Source of the DNA: Candidatus Saccharimonadales bacterium
GTDB lineage: Bacteria; Patescibacteriota; Saccharimonadia; Saccharimonadales; EFPC-124
Direction: 5' to 3'
Length of the DNA: 64,000 bases
Assembly (NCBI GenBank): GCA_035280845.1
Contig: DATEFB010000012.1
Location: 9,093 to 73,092, forward strand
In this document: one piece after another, positions 18,910-34,030 of the stretch
Layout of the letters: every line of letters starts with the position of its first letter
How positions within the stretch are numbered: the stretch's first letter is position 1
The notes under the pieces: generated by a model
The model's input: only the letters and a program-made list of their open reading frames with translations
The model's database searches: none
Told to the model about the DNA's origin: nothing
Program-made: the position numbers and the translations under genes

Positions 18910-19548
18910 CTAGTTTTTGGCAGCAAGGCGCAGAGTGCGGCTAAGAGTGTGCCGCTGGTCATTCCGAATAAAGCTGCGACTCTCGAGCGCACGCAGCACA
19001 AAACGGCCGCGCGCCAGACGCGCAGGCTTATCGCTGCCCATTTCGGCACGGTCGACATCGAGGGCAATATAGGGTGCGGCGGCCTCGCCCATCATATAGT
19101 AGCTACTGCGGACAAGTGCTTTGTCAGAAACCTCCTCGCGGCGGTTCTCCAGGAACGAATTGACGCGGTTTAGCAAGTACTCCTTCTGAGGGTCGCTCAA
19201 GGCCGAATGCTCGCTGGCCACAACAAAAGCCGTCACATCACATGCCAGCTGCATTTTACGCATAAGAATAAAATCATTGTCGTTTTCGTACGCCTGGCCG
19301 TCGTCGTCGAACTCGGCCGGACCACCAGCGTCTACCAGGATGCCGTCAACGTCGTATTCGTGGCGCTCTGCCCAGACATCGAGGTATTTCTGGCGATTGA
19401 AGGTGGGGCTTGTGGCGTTGTCGAGGATACCTGCAACGGTCATGCGAATGCTGCTTTGCGTGGCCGCGCTGTTGCGAAGCATCCTGAAAAAATCGTCGAG
19501 TGAGCGTTCGTACGGAGTCTTCTCTGGTGATTGCGCAGTCTCGGCCAT
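18910..19548 (-). CDS. hypothetical protein (212 aa) inserted between fusA and tuf
   Basis: ORF, translationally coupled to upstream 101 aa ORF (2 nt gap); no recognisable domain. Confidence 0.5.
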   Translation of the reverse strand: MAETAQSPEKTPYERSLDDFFRMLRNSAATQSSIRMTVAGILDNATSPTFNRQKYLDVWAERHEYDVDGILVDAGGPAEFDDDGQAYENDNDFILMRKMQLACDVTAFVVASEHSALSDPQKEYLLNRVNSFLENRREEVSDKALVRSSYYMMGEAAAPYIALDVDRAEMGSDKPARLARGRFVLRALESRSFIRNDQRHTLSRTLRLAAKN

Positions 19549-19549
19549 A

Positions 19550-19855
19550 CTAGTTCATGTCACGGGCAGCGAACATCAGGGCGGCTCGGGAAACGTTTTC
19601 CTGGCGGCGCATAGCCACCATCAGTTCTTCTACCGCGAAGCCGTCTACGGTGTCGTTAATGGTGTCAGGCACCTGGTGGTGTTCAGGGGTAGGACGCAGG
19701 CCGGTCTGAGGCTCGGTGTCGAATGCCACCAAGGCCAGAGGGCCAAGTGTACTCAGAGCCGTCAGCTCGGCACCTTCACGGTCAGTCAAAAAGGGCGATG
19801 GTCCGCCTTCGTACTGTTCTTCGTGTGGCCGGTGTTGGAGCGCAAGCTCTGTCAT
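19550..19855 (-). CDS. hypothetical protein (101 aa)
   Basis: ORF immediately after fusA terminator; possible TTGCCA/TATTTT or TTGACA promoter elements upstream. Confidence 0.4.
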   Translation of the reverse strand: MTELALQHRPHEEQYEGGPSPFLTDREGAELTALSTLGPLALVAFDTEPQTGLRPTPEHHQVPDTINDTVDGFAVEELMVAMRRQENVSRAALMFAARDMN

Positions 19856-19892
19856 GTCCTAAAAATACACCCATGTCAACAGTATGGCAATA

Positions 19893-19921
19893 CCAAAAAG
19901 CGCCCGACTTGGGCGCTTTGT
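19893..19921 (-). terminator. rho-independent terminator after fusA (AGCGCCC gactt GGGCGCT + T-run)
   Basis: 7 bp GC stem 16 nt after fusA stop. Confidence 0.65.
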
Positions 19922-19936
19922 TGGAAAGGGTTAGCC

Positions 19937-22018
19937 TTACGCTGCTTTTTTGGCAATAATGCCTTCGGCAACGTTGTTTGGCACTTCTTCGTATTGTGCC
20001 AGCTCCATGCTGGAGCTTGCGCGGCCCTGGGTGGCGCTGCGCAGTTCGGTCGTGTAACCAAACATCTCACCAAGTGGGACTATAGCGGTGATTTCTTTCA
20101 CGCCGCCAGATAAGTCTTCCATTGATTCAATGCGGCCACGCTTAGAGTTCAGGCCACCAATGACATCGCCCATGAAGTCTTCAGGAGTCACAACTACGAC
20201 TTTCATAACAGGCTCAAGCAGCACTGGGCTTGCTTTCTTCACACCTTCGCGGGCAGCGAGGGCACCAGCCATCTTGAAGGCCATTTCGTTGGAGTCAACT
20301 TCGTGGTAGCTACCGTCGTACAGGGTCGCCTTTACGTCGATCACTGGGAAGCCGGCAATAACACCGCCCTTCAGCGTTTCTTCAATACCGTTTTTAACAG
20401 GGGTCCGGTATTCGTTTGGAACAACACCGCCCTTAATTTCGTCGACAAATTCAAAGCCCTTGCCAGGTTCGTTTGGCTCAAGCTTAACGTAGACATGACC
20501 GTACTGGCCACGGCCACCGGACTGCTTGATGTACTTGCCTTCGCTCTCGATCGTCTTCTTGATCGCTTCGCGGTAGGCAACCTGTGGCTGGCCGATGTTG
20601 GCTTCAACCTTGAATTCGCGCTTCATGCGGTCAACGATAATCTCCAGGTGGAGCTCGCCCATACCACTAATAATGGTCTGGCCGGTTTCTTCGTCGGTGT
20701 GCACGCGGAAGGTTGGGTCTTCTTCGGCAAGACGCTGCAGGGCAATTGCCATCTTCTCTTGGTCGGCCTTGGTCTTAGGCTCGATTGCGATACTGACTGG
20801 AGGTTCTGGGAAGTCAATGCTTTCAAGGATGATTGGGCTTGTGGGGTCGCTCAGGGTCGTACCTGTAGTAGTGCCCTTTAGGCCCACGATGGCAGCGATG
20901 TCACCAGCACCAATTTCGGTGATATCTTCGCGCTTGTCGGCGTGCATACGCAGCAGACGGCCGACGCGTTCCTTGTCGCCAGTAGTAGCGTTCAGGATGT
21001 AGCTACCAGCGGTCAGCTTACCGCTGTAGACACGAACGAAGATCAGCTTACCGACAAATGGGTCAGTTGCAACCTTGAATGCCAAGGCAGCCATTGGCTG
21101 GTCGTCGGCAGGTTTGCGCTCAACCTGGTCGCCGCTCTTAGGGTGGATGCCCCAAATGGCAGGGATGTCAGTTGGGCTTGGCAGGTAGTCAACAACGAGG
21201 TCGAGGACTTTTTCTACAATCACACCGCGGCCATCGCCACCGGTCACAATGTAGAACTCACCAGTCAGGACTGATTTGCGGATTGCAGCTTTCAGTTCGT
21301 CTTCGGTGATCGACTCTTCGCCGCTCTCGAGGTATTTCTCAAACAGTGCGTCGTCGGCTTCGACAGCAGCTTCAACCAGCAAGGTGCGGGCGTTCTTGGC
21401 TTTTTCGAGCATGTCGGCAGGCACTTCGCCTTCAACCAGTTCGTGGTCGGCAAATTCCTTGTAGGTGTAGGCCTTCATGCTTACCAAGTCAACGACACCG
21501 TTGATCTCTTGCTCGAAACCGATCGGCAAGTGAATAGGCAGCGCGCGGCGGCTCAGGCGGTTGTGGATTGATTCCAAAGACTTGTAGAAGTCACCGCCGG
21601 TTGAGTTGATCTTGTTAATAAAACAAATGCGAGGCGTACCGTACTTGTTGGCCTGGCGCCATACGGTTTCGGTCTGGGCCTCTACGCCCATCTTGCCGTC
21701 GAACACCACAACGGCGCCGTCGAGTACGCGCAAAGAGCGCTCCACTTCAGCGGTGAAGTCAATGTGGCCCGGGGTGTCGATAATGTTGATCTTGTGTTCT
21801 TTCCAGAAACACGTCACAGCGGCGCTGGTAATGGTGATACCGCGCTCGCGCTCTTGCTCCATCCAGTCAGTGGTGGTTTCACCTTCGTGGACGGCGCCAA
21901 TCTTGTGGCTCAGACCTGTGCGGTACAGAATACCTTCGGTCGTGGTGGTTTTACCGGCGTCAATGTGCGCGATAATACCAATGTTGCGAAACTTCGCGAG
22001 TGGAATGGATGCTGCCAT
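19937..22018 (-). CDS. fusA: elongation factor G
   Basis: 693 aa; [24 protein letters not shown] motifs and full five-domain EF-G length. Confidence 0.97.
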   Translation of the reverse strand: MAASIPLAKFRNIGIIAHIDAGKTTTTEGILYRTGLSHKIGAVHEGETTTDWMEQERERGITITSAAVTCFWKEHKINIIDTPGHIDFTAEVERSLRVLDGAVVVFDGKMGVEAQTETVWRQANKYGTPRICFINKINSTGGDFYKSLESIHNRLSRRALPIHLPIGFEQEINGVVDLVSMKAYTYKEFADHELVEGEVPADMLEKAKNARTLLVEAAVEADDALFEKYLESGEESITEDELKAAIRKSVLTGEFYIVTGGDGRGVIVEKVLDLVVDYLPSPTDIPAIWGIHPKSGDQVERKPADDQPMAALAFKVATDPFVGKLIFVRVYSGKLTAGSYILNATTGDKERVGRLLRMHADKREDITEIGAGDIAAIVGLKGTTTGTTLSDPTSPIILESIDFPEPPVSIAIEPKTKADQEKMAIALQRLAEEDPTFRVHTDEETGQTIISGMGELHLEIIVDRMKREFKVEANIGQPQVAYREAIKKTIESEGKYIKQSGGRGQYGHVYVKLEPNEPGKGFEFVDEIKGGVVPNEYRTPVKNGIEETLKGGVIAGFPVIDVKATLYDGSYHEVDSNEMAFKMAGALAAREGVKKASPVLLEPVMKVVVVTPEDFMGDVIGGLNSKRGRIESMEDLSGGVKEITAIVPLGEMFGYTTELRSATQGRASSSMELAQYEEVPNNVAEGIIAKKAA

Positions 22019-22019
22019 A

Positions 22020-22403
22020 TTATCCTCGTTCGTTAATTTGTTGTAATGCTTCTAGCGGTTGCGCAGCAGATTCTTCTTCGGCACGGTGCCGGTTCTGGGC
22101 CTGCACGCGCAGGCTTTCCAGTGCAAAAGCAGCGGCTGCGGCTGCGGTGTGCAGAAACTCCTCATTTGGCTCGCCTACTTCGAAAGAGACTGAAGCCCGG
22201 CTTATGCCGTCTGGAAACTCCGGCGCCTCGCCGTCTTCGGCAGGCAAACGGTCCAGAACGGCATTACCATGCACCATGTATCCAGCGGCTTCACCGCCGT
22301 AAATACGGCTCGGCGCACTGTCGATGCGTGCACTTTGGGTGGCGGGGAACCCGTCAATGGTTGTCTTTTCAGAGTAAGACCGGCCCAAGGTCTCGCCAGG
22401 CAT
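22020..22403 (-). CDS. hypothetical protein (127 aa) filling the rpsG-fusA gap
   Basis: ORF starts 1 codon after rpsG stop and its stop overlaps the fusA SD; otherwise a 388 bp unexplained gap. Confidence 0.4.
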   Translation of the reverse strand: MPGETLGRSYSEKTTIDGFPATQSARIDSAPSRIYGGEAAGYMVHGNAVLDRLPAEDGEAPEFPDGISRASVSFEVGEPNEEFLHTAAAAAAFALESLRVQAQNRHRAEEESAAQPLEALQQINERG

Positions 22404-22406
22404 AGG

Positions 22407-22886
22407 TTATGTCCGGGCAAAGTGCGCGAATGCGCGGTTAGCTTCGGCCATGCGGTGAGTGTCTTCCTTCTTCTTGTATGCGGCACCGGTCTGGTTGATA
22501 GCGTCAACCATTTCAGCAGCCAAACGGTCAGCCATTGGCATACCCTTGCGGGCGCGAGCGGCTTGGATGAACCACATGAAGGCAAGGTGCTGCTGACGGT
22601 GGCCAGTCACAGGGAATGGAATCTGGTAGTTAGCACCACCGACACGGCGGCTCTTTACTTCCAGGCTCGGGTAAATGTTCTTGATTGCTTTCTCAAAAAC
22701 TGCGCTTGGGTCTTCAGCTTTCAGCTTTTTAGCAGCGATTTCCATAGCGTCGTACACGGCGCGTTCAGCAACTTGCTTCTTGCCGTCGAGCATGGTCTTG
22801 TTAATCAGGCGCTGCACCAGCACGCTGTTGTATTTGCGGTCTGGGCTCAGCTTACGAATGAGAGACTTGGTAGTTTTGCGTGGCAT
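22407..22886 (-). CDS. rpsG: 30S ribosomal protein S7
   Basis: 159 aa [30 protein letters not shown]... canonical uS7. Confidence 0.95.
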   Translation of the reverse strand: MPRKTTKSLIRKLSPDRKYNSVLVQRLINKTMLDGKKQVAERAVYDAMEIAAKKLKAEDPSAVFEKAIKNIYPSLEVKSRRVGGANYQIPFPVTGHRQQHLAFMWFIQAARARKGMPMADRLAAEMVDAINQTGAAYKKKEDTHRMAEANRAFAHFART

Positions 22887-23299
22887 TATTTAGTCTCCTT
22901 CTTGGTACCGTATTTGCTACGGGCGTTCTTGCGGTCCTTAACACCCTGAAGGTCGAGGGTACCGCGAACAATGTGGTAACGCACACCTGGAAGGTCTGGC
23001 ACGCGGCCACCACGGATCAGAACCACTGCGTGCTCTTGCAGGTTGTGGCCTTCGCCGCCGATGTATGCCCAGACTTCGTAGCCGTTGTTCAGGCGAACAC
23101 GTGCAACTTTGCGGAGGGCAGAGTTAGGTTTACGTGGAGTACGGGTCGTTACCTTAATACAAACACCGCGCTTAAGCGGAGCGTTTGCGTCGTAGTAGCG
23201 GCCCTTAAGAGCGTTATGAATACGGCCCAATGCGACCGATTTGCTCTTTTTTGCAGCCGTTTTACGGGGCTTGCGGACTAGCTGGTTAATAGTTGGCAC
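22886..23299 (-). CDS. rpsL: 30S ribosomal protein S12 (GTG start)
   Basis: 137 aa (M)[12 protein letters not shown]... canonical uS12; start codon is GTG at 23297-23299, no in-frame ATG. Confidence 0.95.
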   Translation of the reverse strand: MPTINQLVRKPRKTAAKKSKSVALGRIHNALKGRYYDANAPLKRGVCIKVTTRTPRKPNSALRKVARVRLNNGYEVWAYIGGEGHNLQEHAVVLIRGGRVPDLPGVRYHIVRGTLDLQGVKDRKNARSKYGTKKETK

Positions 23300-23526
23300 T
23301 GTAGTGCTTTCTCCTTGGTTAAAGGTTGGCCAGACGTGGTAAGCGCCCAGTTACTTCTTTCTTACTTATAAGACAAACGTGTCAGCGTACACACCTTTAA
23401 AAACTGCTCACATTCATCAAAGTGAAACTCGTTTTTTAGTGTAACAGATTATCACCAATGTTTCAACTGATGCGAGGTGAGGTGCTGCCATGTGGCCGCA
23501 CCTCACCTCTCCCCGTGCCAGGCCCC

Positions 23527-24053
23527 TTAGGGCTTGACGTCACCGCCAGGCGGCGCATCGAATCGCGGATCGTCGGGCTTGCCGGGCATGCCCGAACCGT
23601 CGGCCGGCTTCTGCGGGCCTCCGGCGCCGAACAGGTTGAAGAAGGCCATCGGGTCCTGCGTCAGAGCCAGTTCGGCCAACTTGTGCTTGGCGTCGTAGAG
23701 GCTCTGCAATCCGTCGGCCAGCGCCGTGTAGGCCGCCTGCCGCTTCTGCTGGGCAGTGATCCGCGTCGCAAGGAGCTGCCGGCGAGGTGCCGAAACCCCT
23801 TGGTCGGCCAGCTCGGCCTGCAACAGGGCAGTCTCAGCCGCCGCCACCTCGGCCTCAGCCCGAGCCACGGAGATCCGAGTCTCGATCTCCTGCAGCTCCA
23901 GTGCGGCCTGGATCTTGGTGGCCTTGCTCTGCTGGGCGCCCTGCTCGGCCAGACCGGACATCGCGCCCTGCATCTGGCTCATCATGGCCGCCAGCTCCGG
24001 GGGCAGATCGCCCTCGGAGAATGGGAACATGCCGCCGAAGGGCGGGCCCTCGT
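23527..24053 (-). CDS. hypothetical coiled-coil protein, ~68% GC
   Basis: ORF 23527..24207 trimmed to TTG at ~24051 preceded by AAGGAG; Ala/Gln/Glu-rich helical core, Gly/Pro-rich tail. Confidence 0.45.
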
Positions 24054-24200
24054 CTTCTGCCAACTCACTCACTCCTTCGTGTGTGTAACGGGTGTCCTTA
24101 TTTCTACCACACATCTGAAACGAAATCCATACACTTCCATCAGTTTGACCATGACGCACATCCGTATTACAGTATGTATACCACGAGAAAAGGGGTAAAG

Positions 24201-24503
24201 ATGTCACTGGCTATCGCCGACCTTCGGGAAGGCAACCGTATTGCTGTGCGGTGTGCGCATGGGAACATCCTCGCGGTCGTACAGGTCAGCCGCGCGCCCA
24301 GCCGTTTGCGGCCAAGCATGAGGGTGACGGGCACTGCCTTGTTGCCATCGGGCTCCAGCGGCGAACAGGTCTTCAACAGCCTCAAGCTGCTGGGCATGCC
24401 ATGGGGTGTGTCGTGGCGGACCATGAGCCACTTCCGAGGGGCCTCAACCACACCGCCACCAGCCAAGTGCGGGTGCGATTTCTTCCTTCCGACGCCCCTG
24501 TAA
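24201..24503 (+). CDS. hypothetical protein (100 aa), divergent partner in GC-rich cassette
   Basis: ATG 24201 with SD AAGGGG 5 nt upstream and AT-rich promoter-like region (TTGACC 24145-24150, TACAGT 24168-24173); same frame as ORF 23787..24503. Confidence 0.4.
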   Translation: MSLAIADLREGNRIAVRCAHGNILAVVQVSRAPSRLRPSMRVTGTALLPSGSSGEQVFNSLKLLGMPWGVSWRTMSHFRGASTTPPPAKCGCDFFLPTPL

Positions 24504-24570
24504 TTCGGGGCTGTGGTGAGCGTAGTGCGCCGGCCAGTCTGGCGCACTACGCACTCAATCTTGCATAAAC

Positions 24571-24603
24571 CAAAAACACCCGCGAACGTGCGGGTGTTTT
24601 TTG
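24571..24603 (-). terminator. rho-independent terminator after rpoC (ACACCCGC gaacgt GCGGGTGT, A/T flanks)
   Basis: perfect 8 bp stem 15 nt after the rpoC stop. Confidence 0.7.
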
Positions 24604-24617
24604 GGACTTAAGAAGGT

Positions 24618-27600
24618 TTAGACTTCTTCGTCGAACTGTTCTTCGGTTGGAACACCGGTACCGACAGGAATCTTGCGACCAATGATCACATTTTCCTTCA
24701 GACCGTACAGGCTGTCTACGCGGCCACTTGTAGCAGCGTTGATCAACACGCGGGTTGTGTCCTGGAACGAAGCGGCTGACAGGAAGCTGTCGCTCCAGAT
24801 CGAGACCTTGGTAATACCAAGCAACAGCTGAGTGAAGGCAGCAGGAGACTTGCCCTCTTTTACAAGCTGCTTGTTGGTTTCAACCACAGCGGCCTTCGAT
24901 ACAATGTCGCCAGTTACGAACAGGCTGTCACCTGGCTCTTCAATCTGAACGCGACTAAACATCTGGCGAACAATGATCTCCAGGTGCTTGTCAGCGATGT
25001 TCTGACCCTGTGCGGCGTAAATGCGCAGTACTTCGTTGATGATGTAGCGCTGAGTAGCCTCTACACCCTTCAGGCGCATTAGGTCGTGCAGGTTGATCGA
25101 ACCAGAAGTCAGGCGGTCACCAGCTTCAACGTGGTCGTTGCTGCTTACGGTGAGCTGCTTGAAGCCAGGAATTTCGTAGCGGGCAGGAGTCTGGTTGATG
25201 AGGTTCAGGACAATGTGCGTCTTTGTAACCTCGATCACGCCGTCAAACGGAGCAGTCAGCGGACGGCTATCGTCTTTGTCGGCAGCCAGCACGTCGCCAG
25301 CCAGCACTTCGGTACCAGTCTTGACCTGGGCTTTGCGGCCGTCAAGCTCGAGCTTCTCTGTGCGGCCCTTGTCTGGGGTGATTTGCACGATGTAGTTGTC
25401 GCCGTCTTCCCAAACTTCGGCAGTACCAGCGATTTCACTGAGGAATGCCTGACCTTTTGGTGAACGGGCTTCGAACAACTCGTCGACACGCGGCAGACCC
25501 TGGGTAATGTCTTCACCAGCCACACCAGAAGCATGGAAGGTGTTCAAGGTCAGCTGGGTGCCAGGCTCACCAACAGACTGGGCGGCAATAACGCCGACAG
25601 GCTGGTGAACAGCAATCAACTTGTTCGTTGCCATGTCGATACCATAGCTCTTTGGCGTAATGCCGCGGAGGCTGGTACAGCTCAGGACACTCATAATCCT
25701 GACGTCGGCAACAGCAGTGTCTGCTTCAACGGCGTCAGCGATTGGGCGGGTGATCAGCTCACCCTTCTTAACGTGTCCCTTCACGTCTGCGGCAGCATAG
25801 CGGCCATACAGGCGGTCGCTGAACGGAATCATGGTCTCATCAGATTCAGCGCGGTAGATTGCGAAGCCATTGTCTTCGGCGTCGTCGTCAACCGTAAAGA
25901 CGTCCTGGCTCACGTCTACCAGACGGCGTGTCAGGTAACCGGAGTCGGCGGTCTTAAGGGCGGTGTCAATCAGACCTTTACGTGTACCACGAGTGGCAAC
26001 GAAGGCTTCAAGCGGGCTTAGACCCTTCTTGTAGCTGGAACGGATTGGCAGCTCAATTTCTTTACCAGTTGCGTCCACCATGATACCAATCATTGCGGTC
26101 GCAAGCTTGACGTTACTCAGGTCACCACGGGCACCGGAGTCAACCATCACGGCAACGCTGGTGTCTTCTTTGACCAAACGGGTTTGCAGCAGTTCAAGCA
26201 CTTTCTTGTCGACTGCGCGCCAGTTGGCAACGGTCAGGCTGTAGCGTTCTTCGTCGGTAATCAGACCTTGTTCGTACTGCTCACTAATCTTGGCGGCGCG
26301 TTCGTCACCTTCTTTAATGATGCCGTCGATCTCTTTTACTTCGAAGTAGTCAGTCATACCGGTCGAGACAGCACCCAAGGTTGCGTATTCCAAAGCCAGG
26401 TCCTTGACCTCGTCGGCAATGTGGGCAGTAATCTCGGAGCCATAGCCTTCGAAAATGCGTGCCAATACTTTGGCGAGCTTCTTCTTGCCCATGACTTCTT
26501 CGACATAGTTGAAGTCTTCTGGCAGGATTTCGTTAAAGTACACACGGCCCAGGGTAGTTTCGCGGGTTTCACCCTTTACAGGGACACGAATTGGAGTCTG
26601 CAGCATAATGCTACCACCTTCGTAAGCGAAGATAGCTTCGTTCACGCTGGCAAAGTTCTTAGGGGTAGCAACCTGTGCGCTTGGCTTAGGGTAGGTCAGG
26701 TAGTAACAACCAAGCACGATGTCCTGGCTGATGTTCAGGATTGGTGAACCGTCGGCTGGCTTCAGCAGGTTGTTGGTAGCGCTCATGAGCTCGCGAGCTT
26801 CTTTTTGAGCGTCGTCACTCAATGGAAGGTGCACGGCCATCTGGTCACCATCGAAGTCGGCGTTGAAACCTTTACAGACCAATGGGTGCAGCTGGATAGC
26901 CTTACCCTCGATCAGTTTTGGCTGGAAGGCCTGGATCGACAAACGGTGAAGTGATGGTGCGCGGTTCAGCAGTACGTACTTCTCTTTAATTACTTCGTCC
27001 AGAGCGTCCCATACAAGACTGTCGCCGCTCTCGATGAGGCGGGTTGCGCTCTTGATGTTGTGGGCGTGCTCGTTAGCCAGCAATTCCGCAATAACGAATG
27101 GCTTGAACAGTTCGAGGGCCATCAGTTTTGGCAGACCACACTGGTGGATCTTCAGGTCAGGACCGGCAACAATGACCGAACGGCCAGAGTAGTCAACGCG
27201 CTTACCAAGAAGGTTCTGGCGGAAACGGCCCTGCTTACCCTTCAGCATGTCGCTGAGGGACTTAAGACGACGACGGCCACCAGTTGCAGAGACGGCTCGG
27301 CCACTGCGGGTAGCGCTGTTGTCGATCAGGGCGTCAACAGCTTCCTGAAGCATGCGCATTTCGTTGCGGCGAATGACTTCTGGGGCGTTCAGTTCGATCA
27401 GCTTCTTAAGGCGGTTGTTGCGGTTAATGACCCGGCGGTACAAGTCGTTCAGGTCAGATGTGGCAAAACGGCCACCGGTCAGCTGCACCATCGGACGAAG
27501 GTCCGGAGGAATAACTGGCAAAACGGTCAGACACATGCTGGTCGGCTTAATGCCGGCACGCTGCATGCCTTCGAGTACCTTAAGGCGCTTCAGCACTTTC

Positions 27601-28414
27601 TTCTTGCGCTGGCCCTTGGCGGCTTCGGCTTCTTCGGTCAGTTCCTTGACCAAAACGTCGAGGTCGATTTCGGCAAGCATCTCGTGCAGAGCAGAACCAC
27701 CCATGCCTACAGCAACAATTTCGCGGTAGTCTTCTGGCAGGTTGCGGTAGTCGGTTTCGCTCATCAGGGCGCCCTTTTGCAGGCTTTCCAGTTGGGTCTT
27801 CTTAAGCAGGTAGCCTTCGGTCAGCTCGTCGAGTTCTTTGCTCTGAGCTACTGCCAACGCCTTAACGTCAGCGTTTTCAGCCTCGCCTTCTTTCTCGAAG
27901 CGGCTCTTGATTGCGAGCTTTGCGGCCTCAAATTCAGCTTCGCTGTCGGCAGCGAATTGGTCGCGCTTTTCAACGTTCACGTTCTTAATGAGGTAGCTGG
28001 CAAAGTAAGCGACGCGCTCAATGTTGCGCACGGTCAGGCCGAGCAGCAAGCCCATTGCGCTTGGAGTACCGCGCATGAACCAAATGTGAGCGACAGGAGT
28101 AGCCAAACCAATGTGGCCCATGCGTTCGCGGCGCACAATGCTCTTGGTTACCAGCTCGCCGTTTTTGTCGACGGCGGCTTCGCGGGAGCGAACACCCTTG
28201 TATTTGGCGTCGTGAGGGTTAATGTCCTTCACTGGCCCAAAGATGCGTTCGCAGAACAAACCGTCGCGTTCTGGTTTTTGGGTGCGGTAGTTGATTGTCT
28301 CTGGCTTTAGGACTTCGCCGTGTGACCATTCTTGAATGTCATCCGCAGAAGCAACAGCCAGGCGCACTGCGTCAAAGTCGGCAATGCTGGTCGTAATATG
28401 GCTTAAACGACTCA

Positions 28415-28415
<1 letters not shown>
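24618..28415 (-). CDS. rpoC: DNA-directed RNA polymerase subunit beta'
   Basis: 1265 aa; [12 protein letters not shown] catalytic motif, zinc-binding and trigger-loop regions. Confidence 0.97.
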
Positions 28416-31813
<3,398 letters not shown>

Positions 31814-32055
31814 CCAAAAATGCCCCTATCGTATTAGTTATTAGTGGCGCCCCGAAGATCCACTAGGGTAGGTCCTGTAAAAAGCCGCTGGCCAAGACGA
31901 CTCACAGGTAGAACTTACCTACCTTACACTACTTCTTACTTTCCATTCTGGGGGAGTTTTCCACTATTGTCAAGAAGTTAGGCTTATTTTCATTGTAGAA
32001 TTCTCAATAACGCCGAGGCACTGCCAATACTGTCACCGGGAGCTGGCCGGTTCAT

Positions 32056-32685
32056 CTAAGCTTTCTCGATAATACCGTCTACAATACCGTATTCAGCCGC
32101 CTCTTTGGCGTTCATCCAAAAGTCGCGCTCCATGTCGTTGCGGATCTTGTCGCGCTTCTGGCCCGTATATTTGGTCATAAGGTCAACAAGCAGCTCTTTG
32201 GTGCGAATACCTTCCTTCAGGCTAATCTCCATATCGGTCATAACGCCCTGGGTGCCACCATGTGGCTGGTGAATCATTACGCGACTGTTCGGCAGCATGA
32301 ACCGCTTCCCCTTCGCACCAGCCGCCAGTAGTACGGCGCCCATGCTGGCCTGCATGCCAATACCAATGGTTTGTACATCTGGCTTAATAAAGTTCATTGT
32401 ATCAATAATCGCCAGGCCGTCGTAAACCACGCCGCCAGGGCTGTTAATGTACAGGCTGATATCTTTTTTAGGGTCTTCGTAGGCAAGATGCAGCAGCTGC
32501 GCCACAACAAGGTTAGCCGTGTGCTCGTTGACGTCCTCGCCTAAGAAGACGATGCGTTCATTAAGCAGGCGGCTAAAAATGTCAAAAGCGCGCTCGCCCA
32601 TTGGGTTGCGTTCAATCACGGTTGGAACAAGATAGTTTTTTGGCTGCTGTGTCATATATACCCTTCTCTCAGTTGCTTGTTTCAT
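32056..32685 (-). CDS. clpP: ATP-dependent Clp protease proteolytic subunit
   Basis: 209 aa; Ser-His-Asp triad context ([22 protein letters not shown]). Confidence 0.95.
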   Translation of the reverse strand: MKQATERRVYMTQQPKNYLVPTVIERNPMGERAFDIFSRLLNERIVFLGEDVNEHTANLVVAQLLHLAYEDPKKDISLYINSPGGVVYDGLAIIDTMNFIKPDVQTIGIGMQASMGAVLLAAGAKGKRFMLPNSRVMIHQPHGGTQGVMTDMEISLKEGIRTKELLVDLMTKYTGQKRDKIRNDMERDFWMNAKEAAEYGIVDGIIEKA

Positions 32686-32740
32686 TGTAATAAAATTAGC
32701 ACTCTAGCGTCAAGAGTGCTAATTTTCTCAGAACAACAGT

Positions 32741-34030
32741 TTATTTCTTGCTGTTGATGTCGACAAGGCGGTCAACGGTTTTTTCGGTCAGCATGCGGTT
32801 TGCAATATCACGACGGGTTTCAGGCGTGTCCAATTGCTTGGCCACGTCAGGGGCGTTCCCGTAGCGCTGCAGCATTTCCTGCAGGCGAACATCAAGTTCT
32901 TCGCGGCTGACTTCAATACCCTCAGCCTTGCTCAGTTCAGCAAGTGCCAAGCCAACTTGTACGCGGCGCTCGGCCTGCGGGCGAAGCTCTTTAGTGTGCC
33001 ATTCTTCTTTGGTCAGCTTTTCCTGTTCCAGGTACTGGTCAAGGGTAATGCCGCGGTACATAAGATTCTGAATAAAATCGCGCTCAATGCTGGCGATCTG
33101 GTCGTCAACCAGTACATCGGGGGCAGGAACATGGCTTCCCTTCACTAGCTGTTCAACCAGCATGTCTTTCATTTTGTCGACAGCTTCGCGCTCTTTTTGT
33201 TCGGTCAGCTCGCGAGTGACGTCGGCTTTCAGCTCAGCCAGTGTCTTGAATGGGCCGGCCTTGGCCGCGAATTCATCATTCAGGTCCGGCTTCTGGACGC
33301 CTTTAACCGACTTAACGGTCACCTTAAAGGTAACTTTTGCGCCAGCCAGTGGTTTGTGGTGGTAGTCCTTGGGGAATGTAAGCGGCAGATCGAACACGTC
33401 GCCAGTCTTTTTGCCAACAAGGCCTTCTTCGAAGCCAGGAATAAAGGTTCCCGAACCAAGCGTCAGCGGGTAATCTGTGCCGCTTGCGCCCGGGACTTCT
33501 TTGCCGTCCTTGTCGGTACCTTCAAAGTCCATAACAACCTCGTCGCCGTCTTGGGCTGCACGGTCAACGTCTTCTTTGGTGGCCATGCTGACTTGCAGGC
33601 GTTCGATAACTTCATCAATCTCGGTGTCACCAATCTTAACGGCGTCCTTGGTAGCTTTCAGTTTTGTGTAATCGCCAAGCGTAATAGCCGGGATAACTTC
33701 CACCTCGGCTGTGTATTCCAGTGACTCGCCGGGAACGTACGAAACGACGTCTACTTTCGGACGGTCAAGTGGTACGATTTTTTCAGCATCAAAAACATCG
33801 ACAGCAGTCGTGTTTACTGCGTCTTCCAGGACTTCCTGGCTTAGGTGGTTGGGGTCGATCTGCTTGGCTGCAACCTGCACAGGCACTTTGCCCGGGCGGA
33901 AGCCGGCGGCCTTAACGTTTTTTGCCAGACGGGCAATCGTTTTTTGTTGGATAGGTGCGAGGTCGGCCGCGGTCAGCGTGACAGTCATGTGCACCTGGGT
34001 GTCGGATGGTTTCTTAATCACATGTTTCAT
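32741..34030 (-). CDS. tig: trigger factor
   Basis: ORF 32741..34117 trimmed to MKHVIKKP... (ATG 34028-34030); ribosome-binding N-domain, FKBP-like PPIase middle, C-terminal arm; -10-like TATACT 7 nt upstream (leaderless candidate). Confidence 0.85.
   Translation of the reverse strand: MKHVIKKPSDTQVHMTVTLTAADLAPIQQKTIARLAKNVKAAGFRPGKVPVQVAAKQIDPNHLSQEVLEDAVNTTAVDVFDAEKIVPLDRPKVDVVSYVPGESLEYTAEVEVIPAITLGDYTKLKATKDAVKIGDTEIDEVIERLQVSMATKEDVDRAAQDGDEVVMDFEGTDKDGKEVPGASGTDYPLTLGSGTFIPGFEEGLVGKKTGDVFDLPLTFPKDYHHKPLAGAKVTFKVTVKSVKGVQKPDLNDEFAAKAGPFKTLAELKADVTRELTEQKEREAVDKMKDMLVEQLVKGSHVPAPDVLVDDQIASIERDFIQNLMYRGITLDQYLEQEKLTKEEWHTKELRPQAERRVQVGLALAELSKAEGIEVSREELDVRLQEMLQRYGNAPDVAKQLDTPETRRDIANRMLTEKTVDRLVDINSKK

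Noticed and set aside
24167-24547. Arg-rich 126 aa minus ORF, and plus ORF 23787..24503 (238 aa), in the rpsL-rpoC GC island
   Set aside because: Low-complexity Arg/Pro/Ser composition typical of out-of-frame GC-rich translation. Only the 24201..24503 segment of the plus frame has SD/promoter support.
27060-28310. 416 aa plus-strand ORF, and many similar long plus-strand ORFs (25533..26021, 26184..26747, 28517..28930, 30794..31627, 33711..35459, 20303..20881, 19277..20113, 46755..47432, 49690..50271, 55634..56311, 61673..62434)
   Set aside because: All lie antisense to well-supported conserved genes (rpoC, rpoB, tig, fusA, GT2, recG, yacL, clpC). They are shadow ORFs with no homology signal and no SD.
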